In this document: piece after piece, positions 1-12,233 of the stretch
Layout: each line of letters begins with the position of its first letter
Numbering within the stretch: the stretch's first letter is position 1
Translations under genes and position numbers: made by a program
Notes under the pieces: model-generated
What the model was told of the DNA's origin: nothing
The model's database searches: none
The model's input: only the letters and a program-made list of their open reading frames with translations
Source: Octopus sinensis
Taxonomy: Eukaryota
Assembly: GCF_006345805.1 (NCBI RefSeq)
Contig: NW_021833979.1
Location: 1 to 52,737, forward strand
DNA length: 52,737 bases
Reading direction: 5' to 3'

Positions 1-189
1 CCTCTGCCTGCAAAGGGAGATCTCCTTATGTTTATATATATATATACATGCATGTATTACTATATATGTATATATATATATATGTAAATATCAAAAACAC
101 ACTACATATGTATTAATATATTTATTTCAGTAGTTTCAGCTCATAGTTGCGGCCATGCTGGAGCACTGACGTTTTGCCACACTGTTATT

Positions 190-500
190 ACTGAGAGCCT
201 CCTCCAATATGTGGCACTTGGTAAAGAATGGAGTTTGATGTAGCCCCCCTTATTCACACTCTTTGACGTGAGGGAGGTTCATCTGAGACTCTCGACAGGA
301 AGAGGTCCAGTTTTGATTTAAAAACCCCTACATCTACTTTGTGCAAGTTCTTCAGGCTCTTTGGGAGAATATTAAAAAGCTGTGGGCCCCTGAAACCCAG
401 GCTGTTGCAGTAACTGGTCCTGAAGCGCTATGCTGTTGCTGGTATCTTTGGCAATATGCAGTGTCCTCCCGTTTTGGGCAAGGGGTCGCAAGTGCAGAAG
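190..500 (-). mobile_element. CR1/L2-clade LINE ORF2 C-terminal/3' fragment (also 5095-5400 and 10335-10600)
   Basis: The minus strand translates to FRGPQLFNILPKSLKNLHKVDVGVFKSKLDLFLSRVSDEP, a typical C-terminus of invertebrate CR1/L2-like ORF2. It is frameshifted. Confidence 0.75.
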
Positions 501-671
501 CATTGGGAACTGCTGATATACATACATACATGCTAACATAAATATATATTATATATATATAATATATATTATACTATATATGTATATATATGTATATATA
601 TATATATATATTATATCTATATATATATATATATATATATAATATCTATATATAATGTATTATATGTATGT

Positions 672-706
<35 letters not shown>

Positions 707-707
707 C

Positions 708-738
<31 letters not shown>

Positions 739-825
739 GTATATGTTATATATACGAGCTGGTAGAAGCGTTTTGCATGCTGGCCAAACTGTTTAATGTA
801 TTTCATGTATCTTTTCATTTTATAG

Positions 826-1215
826 GCACAGGAGTGGCTGTGTGGTAGTTGGTGCTTACCGACCACATAGTTCTGTGTTCAGTCCCACTGAGTGGCACCT
901 TGGGCAAGTGTCTTCTACTATAACCTCGGGCTGCCTTGTTGAGTCATTTGGTAGACAGAAACTGAAAGAAACCCGTCGTATATATGTATATATTATAAGT
1001 GTGTGTATATATATATATATGTACATGTATGTATATTGTGTGTGTGTGTCATGATTGTGGTCTGTGTCCCCCCCATCATCGTTTGACATCGATGCTGTGT
1101 GTTTACATCGCCGTACTTAGCGGTTCGGCAAAAGAGACCTATAGAATAAGTACTAGTCTTACTAAAGGCAGTGCTCCAGCATGGCAGCAGACAAATGACT
1201 AAAACAAATTAAAAA
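826..1215 (+). mobile_element. tRNA-derived bipartite SINE (Octopus-type) with internal (TA)/(TG) tract
   Basis: The head is gtggctgtgtggt...gttcagtcccact...ggcaccttgggcaagtgtcttctacta and the tail is ccagcatggc...aaatgactgaaac. Other copies: 5925-6325, 11490-11875, 12405-12850, 35415-35605, 37405-37560 (+); 12235-12365, 14895-15280 (-). Confidence 0.8.
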
Positions 1216-1257
1216 ATAAAAGATATATTTATATATATATCATGTATGTATGTATAA

Positions 1258-1300
<43 letters not shown>

Positions 1301-1533
1301 ATATATATATAGATATATTTTTTATATTTGAAAACAAAATCTTAGTGGAGAATGGCGATTTGACGTCTATATTATCATGTTGACTGTCCCCCTTTTCGTG
1401 CACAGTCCCTAATTGGTATATATAAATTTTAATCTTCGGATTCTTTTTATGTGCTAGCTAGACCACTGGTTTTAATTGACTATATCAATTTTTACCCTTA
1501 ATTTTAAATTTATATATATATATATATATATAT

Positions 1534-1575
<42 letters not shown>

Positions 1576-1584
1576 TATATGTAT

Positions 1585-1615
<31 letters not shown>

Positions 1616-1867
1616 TTGATATGTGTGTGCATGTGCAGGCATCTGTGTGGGTGTATATAAATGGGTGTATGAATGAATATGTTTAGAAATCCCAAAACTC
1701 AAATAGGTTTGACGAATGCAAAGTAAAAAATTATTAATTGTTGTTAATTACACTTGGATAAGCATTCTCATAAAACACTTTCTTAGAAAGCTTTTGTTGG
1801 ATTCTCAACCAAATAACGTGGGAAAATTTTAACTTGAAAAGTATTACTGTGCATGTATATATATATA

Positions 1868-2091
1868 TCATCATCATCATCGTTTAACGTCCGTTTTCCG
1901 CGCTAGCACGGGTTGGACGGTTTCGACCGGGGTCTGGGGAGCTCGGGACTGCCCCAGGCTCCAGTCTAGTCTGGCAGTGTTTCTACAGCTGGATGCCCTT
2001 CCTAACGCCAACCACTCCGCGAGTGTAGTGGGTGTTTTTTACGTGCCACCTGCACAGGTGCCAGAGGGGTCTGGCATCGGCCACGTTCGGA
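1868..2091 (-). mobile_element. SINE / RTE-type 3' end with (GAT)n tail
   Basis: Reads (cat)n cgtttaacgtccgttttcc...ctggatgcccttcctaacgccaaccactcc on the + strand. Other copies: 4031-4290, 7665-7915, 8891-9152, 28667-28990, 38590-38852 (-); 14462-14840, 39345-39508 (+). Confidence 0.8.
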
Positions 2092-3302
2092 TGGGGGGGT
2101 GCAGAAATATAGGGGAGCACCAGTGGGAGGGGTGGTTCAGAGGACAGGTACTAGGCAAGTAGAACGTAGGATATCGAGAGAGGGGTAATGCATGGTGAAA
2201 TAGCGTATTGAAGAGGGGGGTTCAAAGAGTAGACACCTATAATGTGGTGGGGGGTGCAGAAATATAGGGGAGCACCAGTGGGAGGGGTGGTTCAGAGGAC
2301 AGGTTCTAGGCAAGTAGAACGTAGGATATCAGAGAAGGGGTAAATGCATGGTGAATAGCGTATTGAAGAGGGGCGTTCAAGAGTAGACACCTATAATGGT
2401 GGTGGGGGGGGTGCAGAAATATAGGGGAGCACCATGAGAGGGGTGGTTCAGAGGACAGGTTCTAGGCAAGTAGAACGTAGGATATCGAGAGAGGGGTAAT
2501 GCATGGTGAAATAGCGTATTGAAGAGGGGCGTTCAAAGAGTAGACACCTATAATGGTGGTGGGGGGGGGTGCAGAAATATAGGGGAGCACCAGTGGGAGG
2601 GGTGGTTCAGAGGACAGGTTCTAGGCAAGTAGAACGTAGGATATCGAGAGAGGGGTAATGCATGGTGAAATAGCGTATTGAAGAGGGGCGTTCAAAGAGT
2701 AGACACCTATAATGGTGGTGGGGGGGTGCAGAAATATAGGGGAGCACCAGTGGGAGGGGTGCATCAGAGGACAGGTTCTAGGCAAGTAGAACGTAGGATA
2801 TCGAGAGAGGGGTAATGCATGGTGAAAATATCGTATTGAAGAGGGCGTTCAAAGAGTAGACACCTATAATGGTGGTGGGGGGGGGGGGGGGGGGGGGGGG
2901 TGCAGAAATATAGGGGAGCACCAGTGGGAGGGGTGGTTCAGAGGACAGGTTCTAGGCAAGTAGAACGTAGGATATCGAGAGAGGGGTAATGCATGGTGAA
3001 ATAGCGTATTGAAGAGGGGGGTTCAAAGAGTAGACACCTATAATGGTGGTGGGGGGGGTGCAGAAATATAGGGGAGCACCAGTGGAGGGGTGGTTCAGAG
3101 GACAGGTTCTAGGCAAGTAGAACGTAGGATATCAAGAGAGGGGTAATGCATGGTGAAATAGCGTATTGAAGAGGGGGGTTCAAAGAGTAGACACCTATAA
3201 TGGTGGTGGGGGGGTGCAGAAATATAGGGGAGCACCAGTGGGAGGGGTGGTTCAGAGGACAGGTTCTAGGCAAGTAGAACGTAGGATATCAAGAGAGGGG
3301 TA

Positions 3303-3304
<2 letters not shown>
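2092..3304. repeat. ~157-bp G-rich minisatellite, ~7.5 units
   Basis: The anchor gcagaaatataggggagcacc recurs at 2101, 2256, 2413, 2571, 2728, 2902, 3060 and 3216. The poly-G tract varies in length. Confidence 0.95.
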
Positions 3305-3341
<37 letters not shown>

Positions 3342-3514
3342 TATGTATGTATATGCATCTATATATTTACTGTAACTGTGTGTGTATGTATTTATGTGTA
3401 TATATATATGTTTAATTATATATGTATATATAAGGGTGTATACTTGTGTATATTTATACCCCTGTACATGTGTGTTTGTGTCTGTGTGTCTGTGCGAGTG
3501 TGTGGATGAACATT

Positions 3515-3720
3515 TTTAGTGTGTTGCACTCATGATACTAAGATTAAGGTTTCAATTCCTGGGTTGGGTGATAGATTGTTTTCTTGAGCAACGCTCTTCA
3601 TTCCACTTCCCCCAATTTATTCGGCTAGTAAAAACAAGGAATCCAACGATGGCCTACCTTCCTCTTCATTGGGGGAAATATATACATGACAGAATAAGGG
3701 AAACTGGCCTTATGAGTCGA
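3515..3720 (+). mobile_element. Second tRNA-derived SINE family (also 8360-8580, 13525-13710; reverse 17005-17122)
   Basis: Has a tRNA-like head (gtgttgcactcatgat...gtttcaattcctgg) followed by ttcttgagcaa...gggaaatatatac...gggaaactggccttatgag. A reverse copy at 17005-17122 shares the head. Confidence 0.6.
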
Positions 3721-4569
3721 TAATTTGTGCTGTGTGAGTCAATGACTCAGGAAAGTTTTGATACGGTTTCATAATACACATACGCACAGATATATTATTC
3801 TTTTACACGTTTCTTTACACATGTAGCTGTGGTCATGCTGGAGCACCACCATTGTCTTGCAGCTTTTCTCGATCGTTTGCCCCAGCTGTAATCTTGCAAT
3901 GTCATCTTTGATTTTTTTTATTGCCTCTGATAATTTTGTATCGTTAGCATAGCTGGTAACTATGGCTGTCTGAGGGGCCACTGGCATGTCTAAGAGGGCT
4001 ACAAATACATACATACAGACATATATGTATCATCATCATCGTCATCGTCATCGTCTTTAACGTCTGCTTCCATGCTGGCATGAATTGGACGGTTTGATGA
4101 GGGCTGGCAAACCAAAGGCTGCACAGGCCCCAATTTCATCTGGCAAAGTTTCTGCAGTTGGATACCATTCCTAATGCCAACCCACTCCGAGAGTGAAGTC
4201 AGTGCTTTTTATGTGCCACAGCATCAGGGCCACTGAGGCAGTGCTGGCATCAAGCATGCTTGAATGATGCATTTTACGTGCCACCGTCGCATACGTATGT
4301 AGTATACATTAATGTATGTTTTTTGTATGTGTATATATATAATATATATATATTATATATATATATATATATTATATATATATATATAATATATATATAT
4401 AATATATAACTGTAAATGTAATATGTGACAATTATTTGGTATATATTCAATATATATATGTATGTATGCACTATATATATATAACCTGTGGTAGCACGGA
4501 AAACGGACGTTAAACGATGATGATGTTGATATATATATATATATACACATATATATATATATATATATG

Positions 4570-4761
4570 ACATAAGGGGCATCAGCCATCTGAATGTGGC
4601 TAGGGACAGGGCAGGGTGGTGGGAGTGTTACTGATGCATTTAGCCCCAGGCGATCATCGACGTCACCAGGAGGGCTGACACCATCTCGGTGTCCTCATCA
4701 GTAACACCCCACCACCCTGCCCTGTCCCTGGCCACATTCAGATGGCCGATGCCCCTTATGT
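4570..4761. repeat. Foldback inverted repeat (66-bp arms, 59-nt spacer)
   Basis: 4571-4636 is the reverse complement of 4696-4760, with 2 mismatches and 1 indel. Confidence 0.95.
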
Positions 4762-4814
4762 TATAGAGCAGTTACTGTTTATATCTCGTTTAGAGATTTA
4801 TTATTGCTATATAT

Positions 4815-4846
<32 letters not shown>

Positions 4847-4933
4847 CTATATATATATATACATTATATATATATACATATATATATAATATATATATAT
4901 ATTTATATATATTATATACTATATATAGATATC

Positions 4934-4980
<47 letters not shown>

Positions 4981-4983
<3 letters not shown>

Positions 4984-5485
4984 AATATCAAAACACACAC
5001 ATATGTATTATATATATTTTATTTCAGTAGTTTCAGCTCATAGTTGCGGCCATGCTGGAGCACTGACGTTTTGCCACACTGTTATTACTGAGAGCCTCCT
5101 CCAATATGTGGCACTTGGTAAAGAATGGAGTTTGATGTAGCCCCCCTTATTCACACTCTTTGACGTGAGGGAGGTTCATCTGAGACTCTCGACAGGAAGA
5201 GGTCCAGTTTTGATTTAAAAACCCCTACATCTACTTTGTGCAAGTTCTTCAGGCTCTTTGGAGAATATTAAAAGCTGTGGGCCCTGAAACCCAGGGTGTT
5301 GCAGTAACTGTCCCTGAAGCGCTATGCTGTGCTGGTATCTTTGGCAATATGCAGTGTCCTCCCGTTTTGGGCAAGGGGTCGCCGTGCAGAAGCATTGGGA
5401 ACTGCTGATATACATACATACATGCATACATTATATATATATATAATCTATATATATATATATATAATATATATATATATGTATG

Positions 5486-5518
<33 letters not shown>

Positions 5519-5540
5519 TATATAATAACTATATATACAT

Positions 5541-5571
<31 letters not shown>

Positions 5572-6627
5572 ATAATTAATGTATATATTGTATATATATA
5601 TATATAGATATATATATGTATATATATGTATGTATGTATATATATTATATATATATATATATATAATGTTATATATATGTTGTATATATATATATATATA
5701 TATAATATATATATATATGTATATATATGTATATATATATATATATATATTATATAAGTGTAATATGTATGTATGTAATATATATATATCTATTATATTT
5801 TATATATATATATATATATATGTATATGTAATATATGTATATGTATATATATACGAGCTGGTAGAAGCGTTTGCATGCTGGCCAAAATGTTTAATGGTAT
5901 TTCATGTATCTTTTCATTTTATAGGCACAGGAGTGGCTGTGTGGTAAGTTGCGTGCTTACCGACCACATAGTTCTGTGTTCAGTCCCACTGAGTGGCACC
6001 TTGGGCAAGTGTCTTCTACTATAACCTCGGGCTGCCTTGTGAGTCAATTTGGTAGACAGAAACTGAAAGAAACCCGTCGTATATATGTATATATATTAGT
6101 GTTTGTGTATATATATATATATGTACATGTATGTATATGTGTGTGTGTGTGTGCATGTTTGTGTGTCTGTGTCCCCACCATCATCGTTTGACATTCGATG
6201 CTGGTGTGTTTACATCGCCGTAACTTAGCGGTTCGGTAAAAGAGACCTATAGAATAAGTACTAGTCTTACTAAAGGCAGTGCTCCAGCATGGCAGCAGAC
6301 AAATGACTAAAACAAATTAAAAAATAAAAGATATATTTAATATATATGTATGTATGTATGATGTATATATATATATGTAATATAATAATATTATATATAT
6401 ATATATATATAATTTTTATTTGAGAACAAAATATTAGTGGAGAATGGCGATTGACTTCTATATCTAGCATGTTGACTGTCCACCTTTCGTGTTCAGTCCT
6501 TAATTGGTATATATAAATATTTTAATCTTCGGATTCTTTTTATGTGCTAGACCACTGGTTTTAATTGACTAATATCAATTTTTACCCTTATTTTTTAATA
6601 TATATATAGTATATATATAATATATAT

Positions 6628-6667
<40 letters not shown>

Positions 6668-6680
6668 AATATATATATGG

Positions 6681-6732
<52 letters not shown>

Positions 6733-7387
6733 ATATATATGTATTATATATATGATATATAGTATATGTATATATAATATGATGGTTATATATGTGATAT
6801 ATAATAAAATATAAATGTATAATATCTATGTATATATATGTATATGAATATATTATATATGTATTATATATATATATATATGTTAATATATATATCTGTA
6901 TGTATGTATGTATATATATATATATATATGTGTGTATATATATCTACATATATGTGTGTATATGTGTATATATATAGATATATATATATAATATATATAC
7001 ATATATTATACATATATATACATATATATATATACATATATATACATATATCTATATAAGATATATATACATATGTGTATATATATATATATATATACAT
7101 ATTATCTATATATATATATAGATATATATCTAATAATATAATAATATATATATATATATCTATATATATATATATATATATTATATATATCTATATGTGA
7201 GGGGTTTTTTCAATTTTCTTCTAACAAAAGATCACAATTTCCTGATCAGCCAAAGGTCATAGAATCAATAATGTATTGATGTGTGTGTGTGTGCATATGT
7301 GTATGTGTATGTGTGTATATTATGCTAACCGTCCATTCCATGCCAGCATGGAAGCGGAAGCTAAATGATGATGATTATGATGATGAA

Positions 7388-7427
<40 letters not shown>

Positions 7428-9358
7428 ATATGTGTGTCATGTGCAGGCATCTGTGTGGTGTAATAAATGGGTGTATGAGTGTCTATGTTTAGAAATCCCA
7501 ACTCAAATAGGTATGACGAATGCGAAGTAAAAAAAATTTTTAATTGTTTCACTTGGATAAGCATTCTCATAAAACACTTTCTTAGAAAGCTTTGTGGGGG
7601 GTTCTCAACAAATAACGTGGGAAATTGTAACTTGAAAAGTATTACTGTGCATGTATATATAATATCATCATCATCATCATCATCATCGTTTAACGTCCGT
7701 TTTCCGCGCTAGCACGGGTTGGACGGTTTCGACCGGGGTCTGGGGAGCTCGGGACTTAGCCCAGGCTGCCAGTCTAGTCTGGCAGTGTTTCTACAGCTGG
7801 ATGCCCTTCCTAACGCCAACCACTCCGCGAGTGTAGTGGGGTGGGTTTTTACGTGCCACCTGCACAGTGCCATAGGGGTCGGCATCGGCCACGTTCGGAT
7901 GGTGCTTTTTTTATGGGCGGGGTGCAGAAATATAGGGGAGCCCAGTGGGAGGGGTGGTTCAGAGGACAGTACTAGGCAGTAGAACGTAGGATATCGAGAG
8001 AGGGGTAATGCATGGTGAATAGCGTATTGAAGAGGGGGTTCAACAACGAGTAGAACACCTATAATGGTGGTGGGGGGGTGCAGAATATAGGGGAGCACCA
8101 GTGGGAGGGGTGGTTCCAGGGACAGGTTCTAGGCAAGTAGAACGTAGGATATCAAGAGAGGGGTAATGTGTGTGTGTGTGTTGTTTTGTGTTATATATTG
8201 TATGTATGTATATGCATATATATATTTACTGTAACTGTGTGTGTATGTATTTATGTGTATATATATATGTTTATATATATGTATATATACGGGTGTATAC
8301 TTGTGTATATTTATACCGCTGTACATGTGTGTTTGTGTATGTGTGTCTGTGCGAGTGTGTGGATGAACATTTTAGTGTGTTCTGCACTCATGATACAAAG
8401 ATTAAGTTTCAATTCCTGGATTGGGTGATAGATGTTTTCTTGAGCAACAACTCTTCATTCCACTTCCCCCATTTATTCCGCAAGTAAAAACAAGGAATCC
8501 AAACGATGGCCCACCTTCCTCTTCATTGGGGGAAATATATACATGACAGAATAAGGGAAACCGGCCTTATGAGTCGATAATTTGTGCTGTGTGAATCAAT
8601 GACTCAGGAAAGTTTTGATACGGTTTCATAATACACACACGCACAGATATATTATTCTTTTACACGTTTCTTTACACATGTAGCTGTGGTCATGCTGGAG
8701 CACCACCATGGTCTTGCAGCTTTTCTCAGTCGGTTGCCCCAGCTGTAATCTTGCAATGTCATCTTTGATTTTTTTTATTGCCTCTGATAATTTTGTATCG
8801 TCGGCATAGCTGGTAACTATGGCTGTCTGAGGGGCCACTGGCATGTCTAAGAGGGCTACAAATACATACATACATAGAGACATATATGTATCATCATCAT
8901 CGTCATCGTCATCGTCTTTAACGTCTGCTTCCATGCTGGCATGAATTGGACGGTTTGACTGAGGGCTGGCAAACCAGAAGGCTGCACCAGGCCCCAATTT
9001 CATCTGGCAAAGTTTCTGCAGTTGGATACCATTCCTAATGCCAACCACTCCGAGAGTGAAGTCAGTGCTTTTTATGTGCCACAGGCATCAGGGCCACTGA
9101 AGCAGTGCTGGCATCAAGCATGCTTGAATGATGCATTTTACGTGCCACCGTCACATACGTATGTAGTATACATTAATGTATGTTTTTTGTATGTGTATAT
9201 ATATATATATATGTGTGTGTGTATATATAAATCTGTAAATGTAATATGTGACGACAATTATTTGGTATATATTCAATATATATATGTATGTATGTACTAT
9301 ACATATATAACCCGTGGTAGCACGGAAAACGGACGTTAAACGATGATGATATTGATAT

Positions 9359-9360
<2 letters not shown>
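4981..9360. repeat. Tandem segmental block, copy B
   Basis: Near-identical to 85-4560 outside the microsatellites. Many differences are 1-nt indels in homopolymers. The VNTR has about 1.5 units instead of about 7.5. Confidence 0.92.
7918..8167. repeat. 157-bp minisatellite, ~1.5 units (copy B allele)
   Basis: Unit anchors at 7924 and 8080, with the same flanks as the 2092-3304 array. Confidence 0.9.
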
Positions 9361-9409
<49 letters not shown>

Positions 9410-9492
9410 GAGGATAATATCGATATTTAAGTATCCATATTATCAAGTGGCCAGCATGGGAAAAATACCTTACAAAGGTAATAATTTCTAAC

Positions 9493-10133
9493 AATTAAAA
9501 ATGAGGGTGTCTAAGAGACACCAACATGCTGAAATAGCAGTCGAAACTCTGACTATAAAAACCACGTTAAAGTGTTCGTATCGCACCATGAGATAAGACA
9601 GAGGGACAAAATATACAAGCAAAAATTATTGAATAATTCAAGATCCAGGATTTCTGGTTTTGCTTTAAATAAGCTTTACCGTCATCGGTTGAATATATCA
9701 AGAGTACATAAATACAGATATATATATGCAGAACAAACGATATACTTACATACACGAACGCCCATACATAAATACATATGCACGTATGCACGCGGCCAGT
9801 ATCGTACTTATGGGATGATTCGGCGGGTAATTTAACTGGCCGCGTGCATACGTGCATATGTATTTATGTATGGGCGTTCGTGTATGTAAGTATATCGTTT
9901 GTTCTGCATATATATATCTGTATTTATGTACTCTTGATATATTCAACCGATGACGGTAAAGCTTATTTAAAGCAAAACCAGAAATCCTGGATCTTGAATT
10001 ATTCAATAATTTTTGCTTGTATATTTTGTCCCTCTGTCTTATCTCATGGTGCGATATGAACACTTAACGTGGTTTTTATAGTCAGAGTTTCGACTGCTAT
10101 TTCGGCATGTTGGTGTCTCTTAGACACCCTCAT

Positions 10134-10141
<8 letters not shown>
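9493..10141. repeat. Long foldback palindrome (~308-bp arms, 34-nt spacer)
   Basis: 9493-9800 is the reverse complement of 9835-10141. I found only 2 mismatches. The ORF track shows mirrored peptides on the two strands. Confidence 0.97.
9941..9999 (+). ncRNA. Variant type I hammerhead-like motif (mirror copy 9636-9694 on -)
   Basis: ATTCAA-CCGATGA-c-GGT..GCTT[attta]AAGC..ACC-a-GAAA-TCC-t-GGA-TC|-TTGAAT. Stem I has 6 perfect bp, stem III is palindrome-like, and the cleavage triplet is AUC. The core has U4>C and stem II has a C.A mismatch at its base. Confidence 0.55.
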
Positions 10142-10182
<41 letters not shown>

Positions 10183-10187
10183 TGTAA

Positions 10188-10231
<44 letters not shown>

Positions 10232-10873
10232 AATATCAAAACACACACATATGTATTATATATATTTTATTTCTGTAGTTTCAGCTCAGAGCTGTGGCCA
10301 TGCTGGAGCGACTGCCGTTCTGCTACACTGTTATTACTGAGTGCCTCCTTCAATATGTGGCACTTGGTAAAGAATGGAGTTTGATGTAGCCACCCTTATT
10401 TACACCTCTTGACGTGAGGGAGGTTCATCTGAGACTCTCGACAGGAAGAGGTCCAGCTTTGATTTAAAATCTCCTACATTTACTTTGTGCAAGTTCTTCA
10501 GGTTCTTTAGGAGAATATTAAAAAGCTGTGGGCCCCTGAATCCCGAAGTGCGATAGCATTGCTGGGATCTTTGGCACTATGCAGTGTCGTCCCGTTCTGG
10601 CATTGGTGTAGCTTTCAATGCCAAAATTTATATATATGTATATATATATGTGTGTGTGTGTATTATTTATTTATATATATATATATATATAAATACACAC
10701 ACACACACACGTATTATGTATATTTATACATATATATTTATATGTATTATTTATTTATATATATATACACACACACATATGTATGTATGTATATATATGT
10801 GTGTATATATATATTTCGTTTTTGGATTTGGTTTGCAAGATTCTTTATGTGAGTTCTTGTGTTGAAGCATATT

Positions 10874-11116
10874 CTGTTGTGTCTGGGGAGAGTCATTCAC
10901 TTTTAGTGCCTTATTATTTAACACACTCACAGGTAAAATTTCCACTTATTCTTATTTTTATTTTCCAAAATTTTCGTTGCGTCAAGACTATTGAAAAGGT
11001 TGCAAGACGCAACGAAAATTTTAGAAAATAAAAATAAGAAATAAGTGGAAATTTTACCAGTGAGTGTGTTAAATAATAAGGCACTAAAAGTGAATGACTT
11101 TCCCCAGACACAACAG
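10874..11116. repeat. Foldback palindrome (~110-bp arms, 22-nt spacer)
   Basis: 10874-10983 is the reverse complement of 11006-11116, with 3 mismatches and 1 indel. It abuts (TA)n on the right. Confidence 0.95.
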
Positions 11117-11278
11117 TATATATATATGTATATATATATATGTATACGTATATATATATATGTATATGTATATATATATATGTATATGTATATACATGTA
11201 TATGTATATGTATGTATATGTATATATATGTATACGTATATGTATGTATATGTATATGTATGTATATGTATATATATG

Positions 11279-11318
<40 letters not shown>

Positions 11319-12185
11319 TGTATTTGATGAGTAGAGTGAGTGAAAGTATAGCATGAACATTTCATCACTGTAAAGGAATTGTTTCTGCAGACCTTTGGGC
11401 AAAAGATGGATGCTCGTATGTTGTTTTCAATTGGAGTGTCTATCACACATACATATGCATATATACACACACACATATATATATATGTAGAAGTGGCTGT
11501 TTGGTCAGTAGATTGCTTACCAACCACATGGTTCTGTGTTCAGTCCCACTGCATGGCACCTTGGGCAAGTGTCTTCTACTATAGCCTCGGGATGACCAAA
11601 GCCTTGTGAGTGAATTTGGTAGACGGAAACTGGAAGAAGCCCGTCGTATATATGTATATATATGTATGTGTGTATATGTTTGTCCCCCCACCATTGCTTG
11701 ACAACCAATGCTGGTGTGTTTATGTCCCCGTAACTTAGCGGTTCAGCAAAAGAGACTGATAGAATAAGTACTAGGCTTACAAAGAATAAGTCCTGGGGTC
11801 GATTTACTCTACTTGAAGGCGGTGCTCCAGCATGGCCGCAGTCAAAAGACTGAAACAAGTAAACGAGAGAAAAAGGGAGAAAAGATATATATATATACAC
11901 ATATATTAACATATGTGTGAACATAACCATGTAAATATATTTACTTGTATGTGTATGTTGATCTTTTACTGGATCCTGCAGTCATTAAACTACGGCCAAG
12001 CTGAGGCACCACCTTGGGGTATTCTTTGCCATTCAAATGGACTGACTCTGCACATATTTCATTTCTTTGTCTGGAACTTATTCTATTGGTACCTTTTGCT
12101 GAACTGCTTAGGTACAAGGACAGAGACACACCAAAACACACACAGACGTGAAGACACACACACACACACACACACATACATACAT

Positions 12186-12233
<48 letters not shown>

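Larger units (their letters stand above)
85..4560. repeat. Tandem segmental block, copy A (non-coding; LINE 3' fragment + SINEs + VNTR)
   Basis: Collinear with 4981-9360: the same anchors occur in the same order (gtaaatatcaaaa...cagctcatagttgcggccatgctggagcactgacg; LINE fragment; SINEs; array; cccgtggtagcacggaaaacggacg end). Confidence 0.92.

Noticed and set aside
1640-1850. Segment conserved in all three blocks as a possible exon (minus strand QKLSKKVFYENAYPSVINNN*)
   Set aside because: Changes versus block C are mostly non-synonymous, block B has indels, there are no convincing splice sites, and a MITE interrupts it in C.
2092-3304. Regular repeat array resembling CRISPR
   Set aside because: The whole 157-bp unit repeats with no unique spacers, there are no cas genes, and the context is eukaryotic.
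9498-9560. atgag-GGTGTCT-aag-AGACACC...gtcgaaac as a second hammerhead in the palindrome arm
   Set aside because: CUGA is missing, stem II does not close next to GAAA, and no NUH or stem III follows.
9567-10063. Paired 87-105 aa ORFs on both strands
   Set aside because: They are mirror images caused by the palindrome, with no protein homology evident.
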